This document shows positions 54,775 to 64,000 of a stretch of DNA of 64,000 bases, in pieces; position 1 is the stretch's first letter, and each line of letters starts with the position of its first letter. The notes under the pieces are model-generated. The model saw nothing but the letters and a program-made list of their open reading frames with translations, was not told the origin of the DNA and ran no database searches. This stretch comes from Antedon mediterranea (Eukaryota > Animalia > Echinodermata): positions 8,454,101 to 8,518,100 of the forward strand of contig NC_092677.1 of assembly GCF_964355755.1 (NCBI RefSeq), given 5' to 3'. The translations under genes were made by a program, and so were the position numbers.

Positions 54775-57700
54775 TTAAAATATGTCGTTAAATCCATAAT
54801 TTGCTAAATTTGTTTGTTCTGACCAAGCAGCGTAAGAAGCGCCATCCATTTCACGGGCTAGTATGTTGCCTTCTCGGAGTTGATAATTTGTTCCTCCAAT
54901 ATTCGATCCGCATTCTGGACACTTGCCTTCCGTCGTGGCACCGCCGCAGTCACCTATCGCATATACGTGTCCTTTTGGGCACTTAAACCAATGACCCTTT
55001 GATAGACCCATCGCCTTTACAATTTGTACCCGTTCGTCATCTGATATTCCAGGAATACTGCCGCATTTCTCTCTTATTTTTTTCAAGCAAAAATGTATGG
55101 TCTTTATATCACCTTCTATTAGAGGTTTCACGCCAGCGACTCGTTTTTTAACCGTAGATAAATAATCCAATAATTCATCTTTACTAATTTTAGAAGTATG
55201 TAGTATGCTTTTAAGCACATATAATTCCATAAAGTATTTGATACGCTGAAGCTCTAGTGATATATCTTCCAGAAGTTGTTCACTAAACCGATTTCTTGGT
55301 TTAAGGATCCATTGTTTGCAGGTTTCAAGTTCTTTCTTTATCTTTGTCTCAAATTTTACATATCCTGAACAAATTTTGCCATTACCTGCTTTTGTAATCT
55401 TTTCTAACTCCAAGAGAAACTGTACTTTGTTCTTCATATCAGTAACGTGATCCGGTGTCTTCAATGTTTTGAGTTCAATACTAAGATATCTACGCGACTC
55501 TGCATCAGAAACTCTTGAAATTTTAATTTCCAGCATTTCTTTATCCAAATCTATTTGATGTTTATCTCCATTAATTTTTGCCTTTACACATTCCACATCC
55601 CATTGTAATTGTTTTATGATATTGCCGTACCGCAGGTTCCTTCTAATTGGTGTTCTACACGCTGGACAAAGTTTTGGCTGAACATCGTTTTGTTGTTCGT
55701 CTTTTTTATCCATCCAAAAGTCCAGTCCTTCTGATTCTATAACGTGACCACAGTCTTCCAACTCAATAAATCTGACATCAGGATCTTCCTCGTTACCAAA
55801 CAGTATAGCGGTCAACTCCTCTGTATCGCATTTCCGACATTTCTTAGGACACGGTTCACCGCAAAGACCAACACATGCATGACCACACTTTATAAGCTTC
55901 TTACATGGTTCATTGCATCTATCTCGATTGCAGAGTTGCCCACATTGTCTGGTACAAGTTTGATGTTCGCATTTCCATTCACATGGCATTGTACAAGGTG
56001 TACATTCATCTCCACATTTCCTAGGACATTTGCTATGGACGCATCGGTTTTCACATGGTTTACTACACGGTGGACAATTGCGTGTGCATGGTTCAAGACA
56101 TTCGTGTCCACATACCAAAGTCCTGCCACATTTTGACCGACATTGTTGATGAAGACGACCATTTTTACAATCTCCACATTTTCCTTCACAAGTATGGTCA
56201 CATTTCAAAGAGAATCCACATGGGTGAGAGCATTTTAACGGATCATCTACATAGCATTTGTATTCGCCATTATGCCCACAAGGCCATAGTTTACTGACAA
56301 TCTGTTGACACCTACTTGTACATGGCTGGCTGCATCTTTCTTTACAGGCATGTCCACACTCTAATGTCTTTGGACAAGCTGACGAACAAGCGACTGTAGA
56401 CACATCCTTGAAACAGGGTACCTTCTGATTGTGCCCACAAGGCAAACATTTTGTCACTGAAACTTTGCATTCCTTCTCACACTTCTGGAAACATTTAAGT
56501 CTACAAGGATGTCCCATAGGGCATGTGACTCTGACACAGGCCTCACGGCAAATAACTTCTTTGTGTTCGGGGTCATATGGGTGGCATGGCAGCTTACAGA
56601 CGTGTCCGCATTTAAGTCTGCTAATACAAGGTACGTTGCAACCTCCTTCTGGGCATTTAGTGAAGTCACTTAGTTCACATATTTCTACGCTTGTGTTTGT
56701 GTGGTTTTGACAACACAATCGAATAGTTGGTCCAAGCATTTTTTTTTGTCGAAGTTCTTTGACAATCTTGTTCCAGTTTTCGTCTTGGGTAGCAAGAAGT
56801 TTCATATTTCCGATGCAAAACAATCCTTTCTTTGCTCTCGATAATGCTACACACATCCTAGTCTTTTCTTTAAGAAAGCCAATTTTACCAGCCGCATTGC
56901 TTCTTACAAGTGAAAGAAGAATGATCTCATTTTCTTCGCCTTGATAGTTATCAACGGCGCAGACGCGAACGCCTTTGAAAAACTTTGACTTCATTATTTT
57001 CTTGAACTGAAAGAGTTGACCCGTGTAGGTTGTAAGGATTGTAATCTCTGATGGTTCATAGCCTTGTTGAATAAGGTATTTACAAAAATTTACCAAGAAC
57101 TCAGCTTCAAAAATATTTGATTTACTAAGAGTATCGTTGACTGCAGTTTCGAACTGATTATGTTCAATAAAGAACATATTACTTGACACGCCTTTAATAT
57201 TACCATACTGAAGGACATTTGGGGCATCTAGAAGGCCTTTGTAAAAGTAATTCTTCATAATTGATGATATTTCTGGTCTCATTCTATGTTGAATATCCAA
57301 CCTCTGACAATCCATGCCGTTCTTTACCATCCTTTCGAAAAGAGAGATCTCTAAATTGAACTGTTTGGCAAGATTATACACCGCCGGATTAGGTCTCAGT
57401 TGCTGGTGATCTCCAATCAATATGAGGTGTTCACACCCTTCAGTAAGACTTGACACTATATGAGCTTCTAGCACTTCTGCGGCCTCTTCTACAATTACGA
57501 TCTTTGCCTGAATACGTTGAAGCATATTTCTACATCGTGCCGCTCCGGTAGTGGTCATACCAATTACCTTAGCATCTCGCATCAAACGAAGATCCTCCTC
57601 TAATCTGACTTCTTGAAGTTCTTTTCCTAACGCATCATAATTGGCTTGATTTTGAAATAGGGTCTGACGTTCGTAGTTACAGTATTTCGATATCCAAAAT

Positions 57701-60700
57701 CGGTATAGACCCCAACGATCGTTCAGTTCGAGATTCCATATGTTTCCAACTCTAGCAGCTTCAATCTCTGTCATTTTGTCAGAACTATGCAGTCGTTTTT
57801 TTAGGTATTGTGATCTCGTCTTTTTATCTCCAGCTAATTGAAAACCATCTTCATCTGCAAACTGTTTCAGTGGGTCGTACGCAAGTTGACGTCTAACAGT
57901 ATTCTTTATTCTATCAATTTCCTTCACATTTACTTTTTCACCTTTAACATCATCGATATCAACGAGTCTCTGTTCGGTTAGCAAATCAGCCTCTTCTGCA
58001 AAATCCATTTCTTCGTTTTCTTCTTCTGTTTGTTCTTCGTCCGGGTCGTGTACAATGTTTTGAATGTCATCAAATACTATGTCGGAAGCTATATTATTCC
58101 CTGCTAATCCTAACCAAGCCACCACTGCATTGTCACTGTTTACTTCAAACTGCGTCAATAATTCGTAATGATCATCTGACATCCATGTTTCTAGGTAGAT
58201 TTCACCGATAACACCAGTTGTTGTCACTTTTATTCTTTCCTCTGCTAGATTCATAACATCTCGTAATGCATGCATATCTCGAAGAATATCTCTTTTTCTA
58301 TTAAGTATGGATATGGGTAATTCTTTTCGCTCTCTTGCTTTTTGTCGAAGCTGAGTTAGATTGAAGCTTTTCAAAGTTTCACTATTACTTCTTCCACCAA
58401 CCCGTACTATACCCGTTGGTTGAAATGAGTGTATGCCTTCAAGAAATTGATCAAGCGCATGGTTTGTGAAGCAGACTACGAATATAGGGCTGTGTTTTAC
58501 TCTAGCACGAGCAGCGTCAATCGTCCAACATTCACTGTTATGAAGCAATGCATGTACAATCTTTAACCCTATGTAGGTTTTACCAGTTCCAGGTGGACCT
58601 TGGATGACTGCAAACTCTTTCGTCAACGCTGTCCTAACAGCGTCAAATTGCGAGTCATCGAGTTGAAGAGCCGTGGCTGTTGGCCAAGAATTACCAGCTA
58701 TTCTTACAAGAAGTTTTGTAGTACCATCAACCAACGGTGATAGGTCATATGTCATATTTCTGTTGTGACGTAGATACGATGGGGCATCGACTTCGTGACG
58801 GGCTTTAATTATGTAGCTTCTCATCGGCATGCTTGTTTCTGTAATTTCCTGCAAACTGTGTAGTACGTGTCTGTAAGCTTCGAAGAAGGAAGATGTTTCA
58901 ACCATGGTATAATGACGTTCGTTTAAGCCAAAGTCAACGTCGTTTTCAAATTTGATTTCTAAGAAACCATTTTCAAGATCCTTTACTTCTCTATTTGCCA
59001 CAGTAGCGAAACAAACTGTCTGGAAATCGTCTGGAGACAGGCATACAAGTGACCCATAAATCAAGCGCTTTGTGGATTGCCAGCGAACTCCCTTTAAGCG
59101 TGACACATCAAAGCGTACTCGGTATAAAATACAGTCATGTGAACACACTGGATACTCGATAGTTACGTCATTATACACTCGTATGTCAGTTATTCTTCTA
59201 TGTTTGTCGTCTTTGTGCTGTAAGTATTCTCTGATGCCTTCTCGAAGTGGTCTCACCAAGTCCTCTCGAAGTAATCGGAACTGGACATCTAGATAATGAT
59301 CCACGTTATCGTAACTACCGTCAAGTTTATTGCGTCGCAAATAAGGTCTGTGGTCTGCTGTTAGATCATATAGTGTAGGAAATATTGATATTGCCCGAAA
59401 GTCGTCTGGTGGAGGGGTTTCTTCATCCACATTGACCTTTTTTCTGCGTACACTCTTTTCATTTTCTCCTTGAGTATTTTCAACAGCATGAAAATATTCA
59501 TTCAATTCTTTGTAACGTTCTAAACAGCACTCACTAATTAATCCTTCTCCAACTAATTCATCAATGGTTGGCTGCAGCAACAGTAATGAAGCTTTAAGCT
59601 CATGTGTAGAACTTGGCAGTTTTTCAACCAGTGTCCAAATTACGGTAATAATATCTTGTATTTCTACCTCATATGTTATCCTATGATTCCTTTCATTCTT
59701 TAGTGACATAACATGGTGCATCATAATATTTTTAATAAAAATAGATTTCTGAAGTTTACCTAAAAATGAATTCAACGAGGCTCTAGAAGTTGTACACTCG
59801 CACGCACTAACAATGGCGCGTAAAATTAAGGCGCACATATCTCTATTAATGTTATCCTCATTTAGAAGCTTCTGGAAGCCAAAACCGGTCGCTAGAACCT
59901 GCATAAGTATTTCTTCTTTTTCTTTACTCAGTAGTTCTTCTAGTCGTCTATAACCTATTAAAAAATGTTTTTCAAATATACATTTAATAAGTCTTTTGAA
60001 TTAATTCTTCTGCATTGGAGACGAACGAAACAAACACAAGAGAAATGTGTCTTTTTTGTTGATCCAATATATCGAAAGTACTAAAAATGGTACTTAAAAC
60101 GATATATTGGATCAACAAAAAAGAAAAAAATCTCTTCTATAATATTAGGATCCAGATGAAATTGTTTCAAGAACGAAACTAACTTTAATATAAATATGAC
60201 GTAAGAAAAAGATGTAAGGAGGTAATTTCAATCACGCTACGATAAAACTATGCTTAACAGTAATCTGTATGTCCTGGATCGTTTTGTATAATAACATATG
60301 GGCAATATAATCTATCATGTAATGTATACAGTTTCTATTTTTGTTTATTTACATTTCTTTTTGAGATTACAATTTGTAGTAGGCATATAGACAACCTTAA
60401 AAAAATCCAAATGAATGTAGTCTTCTAGTCGTCTATACCCTATTTTAAAAAGAATTGTTGTTCAAGTATACATTTAATAATACAGGTACACTCTTTTGAA
60501 TTTATGTTTCGGCATTGGACACGAACGAAACAAATAGAAGTGAAATCTGTCTTCTTTTTTGATCCAATAGATCGAAGTACTAAAAATGGTACTTATAACG
60601 ATCTATTGGATCAACAAAATAAAGAAAAAATTCTTTTCTATAATATTAGGATCCAGATGAAATTGTTTCAAGAACGAAACAAAGTTTAATATAAATATGA

Positions 60701-61712
60701 CGTAAGAAAAAGATGTAAGGAGGTAATTTCAATCACGCTACGATAAAACTATGCTTAACAGTAATCTGTATGTCCTGGATCGTGTTGTATATAACATATG
60801 GGCAATATAATCTATCATGTAATGTATACAGTTTCTATTTTCGTTTATTTACATTTCTTTTTGAGATTACAATTTGTAGTAGGCATATAGACAACTTTAA
60901 AAAAAAAATCCAAAATGAATGTACGGATATAATTAATAGAAAAAATACCTGTTGGTCTTATTTCTCTCTTAGGTCGTGCTCCTTGATAGTTTTGATTTGG
61001 ATCTTGTCGATTTAGTGATCTATTTCGACTATGTGCACGCCCTCCAAAACTATCATGGCCTTGATTGTCACTATTTCTACGGCCTATCTGTTCGCCAGTT
61101 TGGTCGTCTACGTCTCTTCTATGACCACCACCACCGTAACTGTCATGTTGACTTACAGGTCTGAAATAATCAACCGTTATTTTTCAATTGAAGAAAATTC
61201 TATTTTATTCATTCATTCTCTATTTCAGATAAATATTCGTAGACATTTCCTGGTTTAACATTGGACGGTTTGAGATTGTAGAATATCTATACGGCAGTAA
61301 ATTAAATTAAACTAGATTTTGATTCGTCACTTGGACGAATTAGAGGTTAGTACGGTACTAAATAAATGTCTTCCCAGTGTATTATTATTACTAAATTGAT
61401 ATCTTGTTGGGAAATGATGAGCTTTTTTTAGTGGTATTATGGTTTAATCAGTTGCAATTTTACAATGTAGCAACTGTAGTGTAACACGTAACACAAAACT
61501 TGTTGGGTAAAGTGCAATCATCATGCAAATAATAGTGCTTGTATCAACATCATAATCAGAGGATTATCTTTAGAATTGTATAAGTACCTTTCTGTCGATC
61601 TATACGCAGGGTTTCCATGTGACGCACTTCTACGTTCACCTCCTCGACCACCACCACGACGTTGACGTCGACCACGGTATCGATGTTGTCGGGACTGATT
61701 GGCATCAGCCAT
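54775..61712 (-). CDS. ZNFX1: ZNFX1-like paralogue E (~1838 aa). Exons 61712-61588, 61160-60949, 59954-54775. RZ finger present
   Basis: As D, with the same exon 1 and 2 lengths (125 and 212 nt). Spliced length 5517 nt is in frame. Confidence 0.92.
59935..60920. repeat. ~0.49-kb tandem duplication in intron 2 of E, including a copy of the exon-3 acceptor
   Basis: tcttctagtcgtctata.cctatt occurs at ~59936 and 60421, each followed by the same intron text. Confidence 0.85.
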
Positions 61713-62539
61713 TGTAGCCTATGCCCATTTACGGACTACAAATCAAAACCATGTTTTTATATTTATTTCAATTTACCTAAGAAGTGATTTGGTACTACTA
61801 TAGGCGGAAAGTTATCCACTATGGTTCAATTGACTTTTATAATTTAAAGCACAATTAGGTAACAAAGTAATTCACAAAACACCTAGACGATTACTATATT
61901 CCAATAACAAATGATATAAAGTATACTGAATTGATAATGTGTGGGCAAACATCCCAAGAAGACACTTTGAATTAGATAGTTAGATATAGAGTGGAAGTCT
62001 AGGACCTCTATTTGAAGTATATCGGATTTACAAATTTGAGATTGTTTACATTTGTCATCTTACTGATGACGTCATAAAGAAACACATTCATGTTAGTCAC
62101 AAAACTCCGATAGTTTTCGATATCAACTTTTGATGTAGTATACTGTAGGCTAGTATGTATAAGCCTTTGTATTATGGCCTATGTCTAAATATGCCCGTCA
62201 GCCTATTTAGCTATCTAAGGAGGCTTACAAGACTCTCTCCAATCCAATTATAAAGACAGCAGGTACCAACCACGGATAATATCCTATCTTTTACCATAAG
62301 GTGCTCCCTTTAATTAGAGACCGACTAAAGATTTTGGTTCAACTAAACATTTTACTATAAATTTCCAGGAAAATTCAAGACTACTGTTTTTGTACTGTGT
62401 TTTTGGAATAAAACAGCGATTGAAAATTATTTATAGGACAAATAAACCCGGATTAGTATCAAATTACCTTCACCCTGATAGGCCTAGTATACTAGTTGGC
62501 CTCAGTAGGCCTAAGCCCATAAGCATGACATAATTTAGA

Positions 62540-62695
62540 TCTTACCTTTCTTGTCGCCTTGCGTTTAAAATGCAGATATTGAAATACCTGTTAAACTGTT
62601 AAATCAAGCTTACGAAATAAAATTATTTAGAAAATTCAAAATTTTACTGAAGTGCCGGAAACTGGAATTTCCCATCTAACCACGCATGCGTAGTC
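62540..62695 (-). promoter_or_regulatory. Putative promoter/non-coding exon 1 of E
   Basis: Donor AG|GTAAG at ~62545 and GGAATTTCCC at 62664-62673. Matches the D module. Confidence 0.55.
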
Positions 62696-62871
62696 GTTGT
62701 GGTTCAGTGAATTTGACAACTTATTAATAATGATAAGGTTAATATTTTACATTAAGTATGATTTTAATAACTGGCTTACGTAGGTTTAGGCTACAGATAA
62801 AAATTGATAGATACTAGGCCTATTTGGCTTTTGCTTAATAACATTCGATAGATAAATACGCTGCATTAGAG

Positions 62872-62903
62872 CAGGGAGATGTAATGTATTTTACATCTCC
62901 CTG
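62872..62903. mobile_element. 32-bp mini inverted-repeat element with a 7-bp flanking direct repeat
   Basis: ATTAGAG|CAGGGAGATGTAA-TGTATT-TTACATCTCCCTG|ATTAGAG. Confidence 0.65.
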
Positions 62904-63541
62904 ATTAGAGCAACTGATTGTCGCTTTTACTGACCTTCCCAGACAAGACCATGATATAAACAAGATATCATTATTCATCATGGTATCATAAATATCTCAT
63001 ACTATGATATCATACCCATGATACAATTTATATATCAGTCTGGTATTAGAAACTTCTCATTTTATGATATCAATCGGATGATCTCACAACGATCACAAAT
63101 TTATGTCAGGTTCTGATTTCATATGACGTAGGCCTACTAACAGCTGATGTTTTTTTTTAAATCAATGTTTGAATCTCTTTGTGCAATAAAAAAATGTATA
63201 GACCATTCCCCCACGCGCCCTCCCCACTACCCCATTACCTCCTGATACCCCCTGGGACATGACTTCCACTGATTTTGCGCGTGGAACCATTCACAAAAAT
63301 ATGGGTGTGCCGTGGAGACGAGTGTTGCGTGTGTGCGGGGGTGGTGAGGGGATGTGCATTCACATGATTTGGGGAAATAGAACAATAAATATGTTGTGTG
63401 TAAACAACGTTTTTTTTTTCTATTACCAAAGATATTGTTGTTTGATGGCAATGACACCATGCCCTTTTCTCCCATCTCCTCACTATAGGCCCTGTGGATT
63501 TCTTCCGAGAGGTATTAAAAATGCTAACTACAAGAATACTG

Positions 63542-63670
63542 GTCATGTGCCATGGAATTGATCGTTAAATGTAGCCTCATTATGTGTCTACAAGATTACT
63601 TGTCATGTGCCATGGAATTGATCGTTAAATGTAGCCTCATTATGTGTCTACAAGATTACTTGTCATGTGC
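63542..63670. repeat. 60-bp tandem repeat (~2.1 copies)
   Basis: Lines 63541 and 63601 are near-identical. Confidence 0.9.
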
Positions 63671-64000
63671 AATGGATTATCATTATCATTATATGCTAAC
63701 ATTTTTTTAGTTCATTTGGTTTATTAAAAAGAAATTTCTAAATTCACCTAATCCTACTTCAAATAGATATATTGCATATTATACATAATTGCAAATCTAC
63801 AATTCAACAACAGGCTTATAACAGAGTGTAGCTTTTAAGTTACGTCCAGTTGAGAGTGATTGCGTCATCAATTAGTATGAAGAATATCAAATGTTTAATT
63901 AATCAGCGGACCGTCGTATATCCGCCGAGGTGGTTTGATTACCGAACGGCATAAATTGTAACTAAATGATGTTCTTTGAAATGGCAGACTTGATTAAAAG

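Noticed and set aside
4086-59296. Short antisense ORFs repeated across paralogues
   Set aside because: Shadows of the conserved ZNFX1 coding strand.
3148-59904. Prokaryotic defence operon or viral helicase polyproteins
   Set aside because: Phase-consistent spliceosomal introns, SINEs and metazoan ZNFX1 domain order.

Overview
AT-rich eukaryotic (invertebrate metazoan) DNA, not prokaryotic. The window holds a tandem array of five minus-strand ZNFX1 paralogues (UPF1-like SF1 helicase, NF-X1 zinc-finger array, RING-like domain, C-terminal RZ finger), named A-E from left to right. Each has two short Arg/Gly-rich 5' coding exons and one 5-7 kb exon, and all five GT-AG models close in frame. A and B form one clade, with a degenerate RZ finger followed by a basic tail and a (GGA)n-encoded RGG tail; B has a nonsense codon just before that tail. 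C, D and E form a second clade with a recognisable RZ finger. No copy encodes a fully canonical RZ: D and E have Tyr at the conserved IGGxxH His, and each carries a His-containing duplicate C-terminus 185 bp downstream of its stop. C is a chimeric duplicate under a B-type promoter, with in-frame deletions and a stop inside the RZ. Putative promoters carry NF-kB sites. The intergenic DNA holds an 18-bp minisatellite, TTAA-flanked and other non-autonomous transposons, SINEs and palindromes. All functional statements are inferences from sequence alone.
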